Positions 35,265 through 45,430 of a stretch of DNA of 56,983 nucleotides are shown here, piece by piece. The DNA is taken from the IMG/VR virus record IMGVR_UViG_3300036772_000333, positions 1-56,983 of that record; one strand, written 5' to 3'. The DNA is from a virus (lineage: Duplodnaviria > Caudoviricetes). Made by a program: the position numbers and the translations under genes. The notes beneath the pieces were generated by a model. The model did not search any database, had not been told where the DNA came from, and worked only from the letters and a program-made list of their open reading frames with translations. How positions within the stretch are numbered: position 1 is the first letter of the stretch; every line of letters starts with the position of its first letter.

Positions 35265-35600
35265 TCAGTATCCGATAGCGCTCAATCTGACGGTGACCCC
35301 ATTGAGTGCGGTTCCGTTGGTGACTTCCGTCATGCCGACCACCGTAAACCAGCGAATCTTCCACGCGGTCACTCCGTTGTTGACGGTTTGCGGTACGGCG
35401 ATGTAGGTACCCGACTGATCGATTGCTCCCTCCAGGCTCTGGATCGTGTTGTAGAAAGCAAACCAATGAGGGTCTACCAGGTCGCCTCCGGTTGCGCCTC
35501 CTGCATACGAAGCGGGGCCGGAGTAGTCGACGGTTCCGTAGAACCGCCCTCCGAAGGTATCCCGTCCGTTCTTGACCTGCTTTGCTGATCCTTGCGCCAT
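35265..35600 (-). CDS. Small virion protein
   Basis: AAGGAG RBS; YSGPASY..GG...EV.NGT.L....VRL..IG. Confidence 0.75.
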   Translation of the reverse strand: MAQGSAKQVKNGRDTFGGRFYGTVDYSGPASYAGGATGGDLVDPHWFAFYNTIQSLEGAIDQSGTYIAVPQTVNNGVTAWKIRWFTVVGMTEVTNGTALNGVTVRLSAIGY

Positions 35601-35613
35601 GACTACTCCTTAG

Positions 35614-36258
35614 CTAGTTAGGGAAGCGGTAGAAGATATCGGGGAAGTAGCAGACGCAGTTGCTATTCGCCACTGAAGTCTGCGCCGTCAATCCGACACT
35701 CACCGAGGTTGTGGTCGGGCTGGCTACCGTATTGAACTTACCGGCATTGGTACCGGTGCCGACGTTCACGATAGACCCGATAGCTGCACTTATGGTTCCG
35801 CTGAGAGCAACCGTGGCTCGACCGCCTCCATTGAAGATGAATCCCCAATTGCCCGGAGTGATCGAGTTCAGAAAGACACCGGCAAACAGGTTGGTAGACC
35901 CTCCGCCGATGACGACCTGATCCTCAGAGGTAACCTGCGGCACCTCATACGAGGTCTCGGGAATCGCTCCCTGGGTCGGACCGGAGTCCAGCTTGATAAA
36001 GGCAGCGAGACCAGCGGCCACGTTCGCCGCCGTTGCACCGGAGTCCACCTGAACCCACTGATAGAAGCCGTCGAACAACTGCGTACCGGGAGCGGCAAGG
36101 TTTTGCGCCTCCTGTGGACCCATCGCAATTGCCTTACCCGCCGTGGTACCAGACGGATACTGAGTGCCATACGCATCCTGCTGTCCGAACTGAGACGGCG
36201 AATTGCACGTGTTGAGGAATCCTGGGATGAAGACTCCAACCGTCGGGTTATTTGCCAT
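35614..36258 (-). CDS. Capsid decoration/cement protein
   Basis: Directly after the MCP; GVFLNSITPGNWGFI. Confidence 0.65.
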   Translation of the reverse strand: MANNPTVGVFIPGFLNTCNSPSQFGQQDAYGTQYPSGTTAGKAIAMGPQEAQNLAAPGTQLFDGFYQWVQVDSGATAANVAAGLAAFIKLDSGPTQGAIPETSYEVPQVTSEDQVVIGGGSTNLFAGVFLNSITPGNWGFIFNGGGRATVALSGTISAAIGSIVNVGTGTNAGKFNTVASPTTTSVSVGLTAQTSVANSNCVCYFPDIFYRFPN

Positions 36259-36288
36259 GTCCTATCTCCTTGAAACTAAAAGATTTAC

Positions 36289-37509
36289 CTACCCCTTTAT
36301 TCCGTAGCACTGCTGATGACGGCGCGGTGTCGGGGTATAGAAGTTGAGTGCGTGACGCAGGAACTGTGTGTAGAGCGTCGGGTTCTGTGGATACCGGATG
36401 GGGTCCATCATGTGGTAGTTGAATGATCCAGTATCCGCCGGACGATACTTCCACGACTCCACATCGATCCAGAACAGCGGCTCACCGACCACGATCGTAT
36501 TCAAGCCTCCGGTCAGGAGAGGAGTCGCGTTCGAGGTGAATCCCAGGTTGGGGAGGTTGCTGGTTCCCTGGTTCGCCAGCATCGCCTGCGTGATCTGGAA
36601 CTGACCCGTCTGGATAGCCCCCGGAGTGGGCGCGGTACCGTCCACCGTGGTAAAGAGGTTGGCAATCGACTGCTTTGGGTTCGAGGAAGGAACGATATCG
36701 TCATTGAAGATCGTCGCATCCTCAAACTTGATGCCCGACCAATTGATATTTTGGTCGTCGCGCGTCTCATACCGCTGCTGGCGCTGGAATGCGCTGGCAA
36801 TCGCTGAGTAGCCAATGTAGGAGGTGACGCCAAGCGTCGGACGACCAATCGGCGTCATATAGGTCTTCAGCAACTCCTGATAGTTCGGAGGAGCCGGATT
36901 CCCCGAGGCATCCCCGAGCCAGATCGGAATCGAATTCAACGCCGCGCCAATCGCTCCGTTGCGGGTCTGGCCGGAGTAGGTCGGAAACACGTTGCTATCC
37001 CATGAGGGGGTAACCCCATCGTTCATGGCCTCCGAGAATCCGCTGATCGAAGCAAGCCGATTGTCCGAGACCCCGTTCCCGGCTGCCTGCCCATGGCGGA
37101 ACATATCGCCCTCAAGCTGGAAGTCGATACCTTCCATCATCTGTTCCATGTAGGCTTCGAGGATGTTGACCCGAGCCTCAGAACCGGTATTCAGCACCTC
37201 CAGCGAGAACTCTTCCACCAGAATGAACTTGGTGTAGAGCTTTGGGCTGAAGAGGCCGGCAGTAATCATCTGGACGCGGTTGACCGTTACGTCCTGACCC
37301 GGATAGATCGCTCCACCCTGCGCGCCCTGATACAACTGCGGAAGCTGCATCGCAGCGCCGCCGCCAAACGGGTCGTAGGCACCCGAAGCGCGGAAATACC
37401 GCTGCATCGGCGTCGAAATGTAGCTGTTCTGGTAAATGTACCCGTCGATGATCTCGTTTACCGTAGTCGCCGGTACTTCGGGGAATAGCGGTCCAAATGG
37501 AGCTGCCAT
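36289..37509 (-). CDS. Major capsid protein
   Basis: 406 aa after the scaffold; strong RBS; HK97-like pattern ending PRRHQQCYGI. Confidence 0.85.
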   Translation of the reverse strand: MAAPFGPLFPEVPATTVNEIIDGYIYQNSYISTPMQRYFRASGAYDPFGGGAAMQLPQLYQGAQGGAIYPGQDVTVNRVQMITAGLFSPKLYTKFILVEEFSLEVLNTGSEARVNILEAYMEQMMEGIDFQLEGDMFRHGQAAGNGVSDNRLASISGFSEAMNDGVTPSWDSNVFPTYSGQTRNGAIGAALNSIPIWLGDASGNPAPPNYQELLKTYMTPIGRPTLGVTSYIGYSAIASAFQRQQRYETRDDQNINWSGIKFEDATIFNDDIVPSSNPKQSIANLFTTVDGTAPTPGAIQTGQFQITQAMLANQGTSNLPNLGFTSNATPLLTGGLNTIVVGEPLFWIDVESWKYRPADTGSFNYHMMDPIRYPQNPTLYTQFLRHALNFYTPTPRRHQQCYGIKG

Positions 37510-37527
37510 TGGTGTTTCTCCTTATCT

Positions 37528-38358
37528 CTATGCCACTTCCGAAAGCTTACTGATAGCCGACTTGCGCCACGGCTCATTGGCCGCCTTACGCATTCCGGGT
37601 GCTGTCTGCCACGGCTTGGTGGAGCCTGCTGCGTCCGATGGCTTGTACGTGGAAAATCGCGATGGGACGCCGGTGCGGGTGTGAGGATTGTCGCCATGCT
37701 TCTGACGCTCTTCCTTCAACTTCGCCGCGACTGCGGTATCGATATCCTTCTGACGCTCTGCCGCTGCCGTCTCAGCCCGCTTGGCTTCAACGTTATACTT
37801 GGTCTCCCACGCCTTCTTGAGCGTGTAGTCTTTATGCCCAAGTGTATGCTGGCGTGTGACTTCATCGACCAGCCCCTGAGAATCAGGGAGGGGAGAGCCG
37901 TAGAGCTTGAAGTGCTCTGCGTTGAGGTCGTTCAACGAAATAATTGCCCGCGACGACTGCGCGCTGTACCGCTCAAGATCGGCCTTGCTGAGCGCGTTGG
38001 GGTCCGGCGATCCTGGGGCGCGCACCGGTTCGGCGGGTGTTACGTTCGTGGACTCGGGAACGATGCCGTATTCCTTGGCAGCCTTTAGTTCGGCCTGGGC
38101 ACGAGCCAACTCGCCTTGAGCGCGGAGGGAGTCTTGTGTCACCTTACGCATCTCAGGGATAAATTCGTCTTGGTAGCGTTTTTCGAGGTCCAACCGAGAC
38201 TGCTCTGCTGCCTTCTTATCGGCGGCGGCGGCTTCGTTGGAGCCAATCATCTTCTGTAGCATACCGACGAACTTGGTGTGTCCGGCAACCGCTTCCATTG
38301 CCTTCAATTCGTCGTCCGTGAGTCCCGATTCCTGTTTGAGCCATTCGAGTTCAGTCAT
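37528..38358 (-). CDS. Capsid scaffolding protein
   Basis: Charged coiled coil immediately upstream of the MCP. Confidence 0.7.
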   Translation of the reverse strand: MTELEWLKQESGLTDDELKAMEAVAGHTKFVGMLQKMIGSNEAAAADKKAAEQSRLDLEKRYQDEFIPEMRKVTQDSLRAQGELARAQAELKAAKEYGIVPESTNVTPAEPVRAPGSPDPNALSKADLERYSAQSSRAIISLNDLNAEHFKLYGSPLPDSQGLVDEVTRQHTLGHKDYTLKKAWETKYNVEAKRAETAAAERQKDIDTAVAAKLKEERQKHGDNPHTRTGVPSRFSTYKPSDAAGSTKPWQTAPGMRKAANEPWRKSAISKLSEVA

Positions 38359-38385
38359 TGTTTTCTCCTATGAAGGTCTCTCAGG

Positions 38386-38634
38386 CTACCGGGGTGGGGC
38401 TGCTTGCGGTGGGGGAGCGGCTTGGGCAGCGGCAGACGACTGAACCATACGGAGACCATCGAGCATCATCTTGATGCCCTGCTGTCCGCCGGGGAACTGA
38501 GTCGCCAGACCCTGAATCAGTTGACCCAGCATCGCCAGCTTGATTGCTGGAGACTGCCCGCCACCTTGAGGGGAGGGAGAAGGCGCTCCGTCTGGAGCGC
38601 CGCCCGGTGCAACTGTTGGTGGAAAAGTTGCCAT
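38386..38634 (-). CDS. Small Pro/Gly/Gln-rich head-module protein
   Basis: GGAGG upstream; between portal and scaffold. Confidence 0.7.
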   Translation of the reverse strand: MATFPPTVAPGGAPDGAPSPSPQGGGQSPAIKLAMLGQLIQGLATQFPGGQQGIKMMLDGLRMVQSSAAAQAAPPPQAAPPR

Positions 38635-38635
38635 A

Positions 38636-38749
38636 CTAGCGCTTTTTGCCTCCGCGCTTACGGCCCTTCTTGCCCTTGTGTGCCTTGTGTCCGAGGTGTG
38701 CGCCCATTACCTTGAGCTTGCCGCCCTTGTGCTTTTTGTGACGTGCCAT
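38636..38749 (-). CDS. Highly basic 37-aa peptide
   Basis: AAGGAG RBS; MARHKKHKGGKLKVMGAHLGHKAHKGKKGRKRGGKKR. Confidence 0.75.
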   Translation of the reverse strand: MARHKKHKGGKLKVMGAHLGHKAHKGKKGRKRGGKKR

Positions 38750-38908
38750 GTGAGGCTCCTTGTCGTTCAAAATGAACTTTAGGGTGGCCTAAACGCATCA
38801 CAACGAGGTGGGCCGTGTCCTGAGTTGCTTCCAACACTACGGCCCTATGTGCCTCTACAGCAAGCACTTATTTTGCTGTATTTGGGGGGGTCTTTGGGTT
38901 TTTAGTGA

Positions 38909-39145
38909 TTATTCTTGGTCGTCGGGAAATTCCATGCTGCTTTGAGGGACGACGGACTTCTCATCGAACGTCACCGAGGACACGCACCCACCCAATCCGA
39001 ACTGCACGGTGAGTTGCCCGACCTGCTTATGCTCATGGATGAGATTGAATGCCTCAAGAATGAGGCTCTTTCCGCCATCCTTGCGCGGCGTCTCTGCGGT
39101 GATCGTGGTCCGGTGATTCAAGGTGCTGACCGTTCTCGTGTTCAT
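38909..39145 (-). CDS. Hypothetical protein
   Basis: AGGAG RBS. Confidence 0.7.
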   Translation of the reverse strand: MNTRTVSTLNHRTTITAETPRKDGGKSLILEAFNLIHEHKQVGQLTVQFGLGGCVSSVTFDEKSVVPQSSMEFPDDQE

Positions 39146-39152
39146 GGGTCTC

Positions 39153-41258
39153 CTATCCCGATGTACTGACTACCGGCCTTCCGCCGCCGGCCATGCCCTT
39201 TTGTTTGACCTTCGGAGCCTTTTTATTTGTGGCAGGTCGTCCCGTCTTGCCTGGACCCTCTTCCGGCGGCGGTGCCAGCCCCAAAGCCTTCTCCAGTTTG
39301 GCGATATCCGCCTTCTCGGTAAGCTGCTCCTTGGCCCAATTGAAGACCTTTTCCTTTACCGTGGAACCTTCGATACTGCCCCAATTGGGGATGTCGAAGG
39401 CGGTTGCCATCGTCTCCGGGTCGATCACGACACCCTTGCTCGTAGCCGCCAGAAGATTAAGCTTGTACGCCTTCTGTGCAATATAGTGCAGAGAGTGCGG
39501 CGTGATAAAGAAGCGGATGTTTTTAGCGAACGCCTTCGCCCGCGACATCGGATCGGCAGTAGACTCCTGCGACTGGCCCATCGCGTCGATCGTCGTCTCC
39601 CCCGGCAAGTGTGAGGGGATCAGCATGTCGGGGGCGTAGTCGAAGACTTCGGGAGCCATGCCCGTAGCACCGACATACTGCATCGTCCGGCGCGTCGTCA
39701 GGTACTGGATGATGAGGTACTTCATCATCTCGCCCAAATCGCGTAGGCCCATCTCCATCGAACGCGAGGTGCCGACAACCACCGGACCTTCGGCGTCCAG
39801 CAGCTTCTCGGGGTCTTCGACATTGGCCTTCAGTTTTTGAAGTGCTTGGATCTGATCGAGTCCGAGTTGACGCATGATCGAGGCTTGCAGGAACTCGACC
39901 ACCTTCATCACCCATTCCGGCACGTTGTAGCACCACTCCGGCATGGGAGGGCGCATCACTGGTTCTTTCGTGTCTCCGTCGACGCCGAAGGTTGCATTTG
40001 GATCGAAGGGGTCCATCTGCTCGGCCTGACGCGAGGAAATCTTCCCATTTTTGTCGCCTGTTGTGATATCGGTGTTGTAGCTCTTGCCGGGATTGGCGCG
40101 AGACATCGCAATCCGGTACACCGAGCGCACCAGGTCGTCAATCGCATCCTGCAACGCCACGGTACCCCGAAACAGCGAGTATCCTGTTCCTTCCCATGCC
40201 CAATCATCCAGATAGAACGGGATGAGCGGCACCATGCCGTGGAGGTCGAAGGCGGGACCGTCATACATGAGCGCTGCATCACAGGAGATCATCAACCGGC
40301 GCTGTGGATACACCCGGCAGTCGTCTTCGGTAGCCGCGCGCGTCACCTGACGACCATCCTCGAACCGCGTGATCATCTGCCCTACGAACGGCACCGTATA
40401 CGACCAGCTCGTGCCTTCCTGCCCCATCTTCAACTCTCGCCCGATGGGGTTTCCGGCTTCATCGAGGATTGGCTTCCCCTTCTCGTCTACATCACCATAG
40501 TTGATGCGGAGGTCGAGGATGTACGAATAAAAGATGTCGGTAAACTGTTCAAGCTGCGTTTCGATGGAATGCATCCGCCATCGGTTCTGGTCATATCCTT
40601 TCCGCTGCTCGCCGCCTCGCGTCTTGCCGTATCGCTTGGTCGCAAACGGATGCAGATACTGCTGAAACATCGGGAACCGCGCATGAGCCTCGGCAATGCC
40701 CATCGGAATCGCCAGTGTGACGATATACGCCTTCTGATAGTTGCGGCTCCGCGGGAGTTGGACCGGCAACACGTCCGGCTGGCCGAGCGCCATGAAATTG
40801 AACTCGCCCTCACCCATACCGAACATCCCGCGCGAGTAGAACGGATACAGGAACCCGCCACCCGTGACAGAGGCAAACTGCAACGCGTCTCTGAGGGAGC
40901 GGTCCACGAAGGATTCCAGGTAGATGCTCTTGGTAACCTTGTTGAGCATGTTCGCTTCGTCACGGAAGGCATCGTTATCGGTCTGGTACCCCCAGAACGG
41001 GCGAATGTCCGCCAGAGTCTCAATAATCTCCCGGACAGCGCGCTTGAGGTCGCCGGTGGTGAAACTGGCCCATTTCCCGGTGAGTTGGCTGCCCGACTTT
41101 CCGGCAAGCGTGTCGATGCCCCGGCGGATATCCTCGGAGGAGGTTTGCTCCTCGTTCCACTTGATGCCGCTCTCGATAGCCTGTCGGCAGAAGGCAAGCT
41201 TCTTATCGTCGGGAGCTTCGAAGACCGGGGCTTGCCAGGAGACTTCGTTCTGTTTCAC
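39153..41258 (-). CDS. Portal protein
   Basis: 701 aa between TerL and scaffold; HGMVPLIPF...G.S.......LQDAID. Confidence 0.85.
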   Translation of the reverse strand: MKQNEVSWQAPVFEAPDDKKLAFCRQAIESGIKWNEEQTSSEDIRRGIDTLAGKSGSQLTGKWASFTTGDLKRAVREIIETLADIRPFWGYQTDNDAFRDEANMLNKVTKSIYLESFVDRSLRDALQFASVTGGGFLYPFYSRGMFGMGEGEFNFMALGQPDVLPVQLPRSRNYQKAYIVTLAIPMGIAEAHARFPMFQQYLHPFATKRYGKTRGGEQRKGYDQNRWRMHSIETQLEQFTDIFYSYILDLRINYGDVDEKGKPILDEAGNPIGRELKMGQEGTSWSYTVPFVGQMITRFEDGRQVTRAATEDDCRVYPQRRLMISCDAALMYDGPAFDLHGMVPLIPFYLDDWAWEGTGYSLFRGTVALQDAIDDLVRSVYRIAMSRANPGKSYNTDITTGDKNGKISSRQAEQMDPFDPNATFGVDGDTKEPVMRPPMPEWCYNVPEWVMKVVEFLQASIMRQLGLDQIQALQKLKANVEDPEKLLDAEGPVVVGTSRSMEMGLRDLGEMMKYLIIQYLTTRRTMQYVGATGMAPEVFDYAPDMLIPSHLPGETTIDAMGQSQESTADPMSRAKAFAKNIRFFITPHSLHYIAQKAYKLNLLAATSKGVVIDPETMATAFDIPNWGSIEGSTVKEKVFNWAKEQLTEKADIAKLEKALGLAPPPEEGPGKTGRPATNKKAPKVKQKGMAGGGRPVVSTSG

Positions 41259-41713
41259 TGGATGACCTCGGTCTCAGTCGGGGCCTTGACCAGCAGGTCT
41301 TCCGCATTGAAGGTCTTGGTGGTGGACGGGGGCAGCGGTGCTGCGGATTCCTGCATCGCGCTCACCCCGTAAACACTGTTTCTGTTTAGCTTAGCTTCTC
41401 GATTATCACATGCCTTGAGCGCCACTTGCAGCAACTCCCGCTCCGCATTCGAACAATCGGAAGACGCCATGCGCGCCTGAATGTCCCTGCGCCACTGCTC
41501 GATCCTGTCTCTCCGTCGGAGGTAGTCGCTGTAGAGCATCTGGCCGTGTTCGGCACGTGTCTGTGCATTGAGCTTCTTGAAGATGCCGTCCATCACCGAC
41601 GGCGAGGTGGTCTCGAACCGCTGATATCCGGCAGGGACAGGAGATTGCGGAGAGGTCAGAAACACTCGCCCGTCTTCGTTTTCACAGTACCAAAGTCTTT
41701 CGAATCCGTTCAT
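41255..41713 (-). CDS. Hypothetical protein
   Basis: Translationally coupled on both sides. Confidence 0.75.
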   Translation of the reverse strand: MNGFERLWYCENEDGRVFLTSPQSPVPAGYQRFETTSPSVMDGIFKKLNAQTRAEHGQMLYSDYLRRRDRIEQWRRDIQARMASSDCSNAERELLQVALKACDNREAKLNRNSVYGVSAMQESAAPLPPSTTKTFNAEDLLVKAPTETEVIQ

Positions 41714-43854
41714 ACGTCAAACCCCTCACTGATCAATGAGTATGGCACCGATACACCCACCGGGAAAGAATAATCTATGTCCGCGATCTGCTCATCCCGC
41801 ACAAACGCATGTTCGACCCGGCGGCTCATCGACTCCGTATCGTTGAAGATGATATAGGCGATAGCCGACGCAAAGATACGGTCGTCATGCTTGCCGGAGG
41901 CGTGATCGTAGCGCGTCTTGCCTCCAGCCGCCTGGTCGATCTGGAACGATGGTATCTCGTTTCGAAGCAGGAACGGCGAGTTGAGCTTGTACCAATGATT
42001 TTCTACGGCGTTCTTATACATCCCCAGCATGAACGTACGCGACCAGTCGAAGGTATACCAGCCCTCGCGCTTCGACTTCTTTTGATCATGCTTCGGGTTT
42101 TTTCCGTCCAGGCGCGAGAATTTGTAAAATCTGCGGTAGCCGTGCATCTTCATCTGAATCTGTGCAGCGTCACCTGTGCCGTATACCTGTTCCACGGCCA
42201 CAAGTGGTTCTCTCTCCATCTCCTGCCCATAGAGCGCGGCAACAGCCATGATCCACGCATGAGCCATCGCATGAGGAACTCTGTTTGATGCAAACTCGGC
42301 GACTTGGACATCTGGCTCTGTACCGTCAATCGATCGCCGATTAACACAGATGACAGTGTTATCTCCTCCAGAACCTCCAGCGGTGTCCACACCAATCGAG
42401 TAGTCGTATCCCTCTTCCGGCCATTCAAAAACCACCAGCTTACAGTCCGCATCGAAGATGTCTCCTCCCTTTTCCGGCGGGGTCACGAGTGGAACGAACT
42501 CCCAGATCATCTCCCGATTCTGCTTGCCATGAATGTCGTGTACCACGCCGTTATACGAAACTCTGAACCGGTCTGCCTCATAGTCGATGTCGTTCGGAAG
42601 CGGATGATACTTTTCCTGAATCTGCTCTCCGGTGATCGCCCAAAGCGTGTATGGCTGCCGGTCTTTGTACTGCGTGTCAATCTCCGATAAGTCGAATACG
42701 AGGTCTTTCTTCGGCTGGAGAGCTTCGATATCGTCAATCGGATGCTCCTGCAGAAAGCCTTTTGCGTTGCCTTTCCGTCGTGCCTCAAGAAACTTGTACT
42801 CCCAGTAGTACGACTGAAAGTCAGGCATTCGCCACGAGTCGCCGTAGAACTTCCGCATCAATGGTGTTTGGTGGACATACGCTGCCGCTTTCATGACCAT
42901 GCGTTCGGTCTCTACAAGGGAGGGACGCCAGCCGACAGGAACGGGGTGCTCTCGTCTCCAATCAATCGTGGGAAAGAGGTCTTCCGCGCAGAACCATGGA
43001 AAGAATACCGGCTGAAGCCGCGCTCCGCCCGTATGCCAGAAATCTCGTGAGGAGTACCACGTCTTGGCCCACCAGTCCGTGTTTCCCTTTCCCGTTGACT
43101 CCAGAACCATGAATACGCGCGGAGACGTGTGGACGGCAGCAAACAGAGAGTTTTCAATGACATTTTGTGCGTCGGGGAACTCACAAACCTCCGAAATATG
43201 GAGCACCGACGGAGTGTCGCCACGAGCGATACCTGAAGCCTTCCGGCCGGAATAGAGCGTCAATCGAGTGGAGTTGGCTCCGAACGCCATCAGATTTCCG
43301 GCTCGATCCGAGGTCGGATTTGCTTTCATCCATGCCGGCATTTCGTTATAGCCGAGCTGCATCATGCCCGCCATGCGTTCGCAGGCATCCGCGTCATACG
43401 AGGCTACTGCAGCCTTGACCCCCATGCCGAAGTTGACCTGATGGGTGATCGCCCCCTCCACCTCAGTGCTGATTCCCTGCTGCCTGGCCTTCAATATCTG
43501 CTGTTCAATCCCGAATCCCAGGTCTTGTCTCTCTGCCCACAGGTCTAACAGCATCTGCTGACTGGCGCGCCGCTCAAATCGTTTGATCTCGCCCGAAGCG
43601 TTGATGTAAAAGTAGTTATTGGACCAGTACCGATAGTCGCAGGCACAAATTTGGTACTCATTGGCAATCCAAGCAAGTTCTTCAGGTCCGAGGGATACCT
43701 CTATATCGGTACCGTTACGCTCACACTTTCTTCCTATCTCGACAAAGTGGGAGTTGAACGAGTCAATCTCCGAAAGCGAGTGATACTCCGGTATCCACCC
43801 CGTCTTCTTCGACAGAGTTTCAAGTTTTTCCAAGGATTTTCTAGTGGAAAAAAT
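41710..43854 (-). CDS. terL: Terminase large subunit (probable ATT start)
   Basis: LKARQQGIST, HISE, ESTG, IGVD, HDDRIFA motifs. Confidence 0.93.
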   Translation of the reverse strand: MFSTRKSLEKLETLSKKTGWIPEYHSLSEIDSFNSHFVEIGRKCERNGTDIEVSLGPEELAWIANEYQICACDYRYWSNNYFYINASGEIKRFERRASQQMLLDLWAERQDLGFGIEQQILKARQQGISTEVEGAITHQVNFGMGVKAAVASYDADACERMAGMMQLGYNEMPAWMKANPTSDRAGNLMAFGANSTRLTLYSGRKASGIARGDTPSVLHISEVCEFPDAQNVIENSLFAAVHTSPRVFMVLESTGKGNTDWWAKTWYSSRDFWHTGGARLQPVFFPWFCAEDLFPTIDWRREHPVPVGWRPSLVETERMVMKAAAYVHQTPLMRKFYGDSWRMPDFQSYYWEYKFLEARRKGNAKGFLQEHPIDDIEALQPKKDLVFDLSEIDTQYKDRQPYTLWAITGEQIQEKYHPLPNDIDYEADRFRVSYNGVVHDIHGKQNREMIWEFVPLVTPPEKGGDIFDADCKLVVFEWPEEGYDYSIGVDTAGGSGGDNTVICVNRRSIDGTEPDVQVAEFASNRVPHAMAHAWIMAVAALYGQEMEREPLVAVEQVYGTGDAAQIQMKMHGYRRFYKFSRLDGKNPKHDQKKSKREGWYTFDWSRTFMLGMYKNAVENHWYKLNSPFLLRNEIPSFQIDQAAGGKTRYDHASGKHDDRIFASAIAYIIFNDTESMSRRVEHAFVRDEQIADIDYSFPVGVSVPYSLISEGFDV

Positions 43855-43884
43855 GACTAATCCTCCCTACAAAATTCGCGGCGG

Positions 43885-44598
43885 CTAAACATCGCGTTCC
43901 ACCAACACGTCCGACTGCAAGTGGTCAAGCTTACCGCCGATCACGATGGGCGATGACGCCGGAGCTGGAAGCCTACGGGCTTCGGTCATGTCATGAATCG
44001 CCCTCAACCGCTCATCGGCCGTCTGCCACAGCGCTGGAGCGTCCTTCGGAGTCTCCTTCTCCTCTTGCACTGCTCCGTTGTTGTTCTGGATCGCGATGAC
44101 ATTACCCTTGGGCATCGGACGGACGTTGCCTGCCTGGAGAATCCAGCCACGGTCCGTAAGGCCCTCGTCCTTCAGTGCCATCTTGATCGATTTCTCAACC
44201 ACCTTCGGCATCTTGGAGGCAAGGATGAGTTTGGTGCGTATCTGTCCGCTCAAGAGGACCGCCGTCTGCGCCACCTCCGCAAGACGCAGCGAACCCACCC
44301 CCGCAGCGTAGGATATCTCTTCCAAAGACACATGATTGCGGTCTGTAGCGGTGAGCATGTCATAGGTCTCCAGAAAGTCTCGCGTATCGTCCTCGTCGTA
44401 GGCCCTGAGCGCATGGATCAGCGCCGGGATGCCCCCGTCCACTGCCTTCAATAGTGGCGTAATGATGATCTCTTCCGATGGATCGAACTCCTCACCCTCG
44501 ACACCGTTCCAATGGGCGCGCAGCTTGTCCATCGCCACCGCTCGTGCGCGATCCTTGGACTTGCCCTGCTTCACCTTGATGGCTACCTTGGGGGGCAT
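43885..44598 (-). CDS. Putative terminase small subunit
   Basis: Directly upstream of terL; HTH-like SLEEISYAAGV; IAIQNN tail. Confidence 0.5.
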   Translation of the reverse strand: MPPKVAIKVKQGKSKDRARAVAMDKLRAHWNGVEGEEFDPSEEIIITPLLKAVDGGIPALIHALRAYDEDDTRDFLETYDMLTATDRNHVSLEEISYAAGVGSLRLAEVAQTAVLLSGQIRTKLILASKMPKVVEKSIKMALKDEGLTDRGWILQAGNVRPMPKGNVIAIQNNNGAVQEEKETPKDAPALWQTADERLRAIHDMTEARRLPAPASSPIVIGGKLDHLQSDVLVERDV

Positions 44599-45012
44599 TT
44601 ACGCTCCGCGTACCTGATTCTTCGGGCGAGCCTTGTTCTCCGGGCGCGGGCCGCGCTTGACCCACTTCTCCGATGACGTTCCCTTGCCGTCGGTCACCAG
44701 TACCGGCACCGGCAAGTCCGCATCCTCGCGTACCTGGTTCGGTGGACGCAGCGGAATGTCCAGTACATCATCGATGGTTGGTTCCGCTTCGATGCCTTCT
44801 TGGTCTCCCGCTTCCACGGTCAAGTCCCGCTCCACCGGCGGGGTAAAGGTCAGGTGCGGATAGAATTTGAATCCAATCTCCGCCTTGAACCCGTTGTAGC
44901 TCATGTGGGACGAAAAGCGGTCATCCTTTCCGAGTGCCGTCCTTAGCGACTGGAGGCATGATTCGAGCGCTTCGGGACCGGAGAGTGGCTTTGCTATGGA
45001 TACTTCTGTCAT
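44599..45012 (-). CDS. Hypothetical protein
   Basis: AAGGAG RBS. Confidence 0.75.
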   Translation of the reverse strand: MTEVSIAKPLSGPEALESCLQSLRTALGKDDRFSSHMSYNGFKAEIGFKFYPHLTFTPPVERDLTVEAGDQEGIEAEPTIDDVLDIPLRPPNQVREDADLPVPVLVTDGKGTSSEKWVKRGPRPENKARPKNQVRGA

Positions 45013-45265
45013 TCGCTGCTCCTTTGTTATCGAATATCGTGTCGCACTTCTCTAGCCAATTGATGCGGATAGCGTAGAGATTGAGTAGTTTTTCCAAGGT
45101 CCGGGTCTGTGGCTTACGATCCCCGCGCTCCAGATAGCACAGCGTCGCCTCGCTCACCCCCGTCAGCTCGACAACCTGCATCTGGGAGAGATGGGCGCGC
45201 TTGCGGAGAGATTTAAGCTTCGGCCCCGGGTACCGGTTTAGCATAATCCCCAACACTACCATCAC
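44921..45265 (-). CDS. XRE-family HTH regulator (start uncertain)
   Basis: LKSLRKRAHLSQMQVVELTGVSEATLCYLERGDRKP. Confidence 0.85.
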   Translation of the reverse strand: MMVVLGIMLNRYPGPKLKSLRKRAHLSQMQVVELTGVSEATLCYLERGDRKPQTRTLEKLLNLYAIRINWLEKCDTIFDNKGAANDRSIHSKATLRSRSARIMPPVAKDGTRKG

Positions 45266-45416
45266 TCACAACCGACGACAAGATCAATTCAATATTGCGC
45301 TCTGCCGTGTCGAACTGCTGTTTGCGGAATTCATCGACCTTTGATGCCCTGCCGAGCTTCAAGGCGATGAGCGCGTTGCCTAACTTTTGGGTCACATCGT
45401 CGCGAACAAGTATCAT
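45213..45416 (-). CDS. Hypothetical protein, first gene of the leftward late operon
   Basis: GAGGA RBS; TGcTATGGT -10 upstream. Confidence 0.6.
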   Translation of the reverse strand: MILVRDDVTQKLGNALIALKLGRASKVDEFRKQQFDTAERNIELILSSVVSDGSVGDYAKPVPGAEA

Positions 45417-45430
45417 GGCGAAATCCTCTG

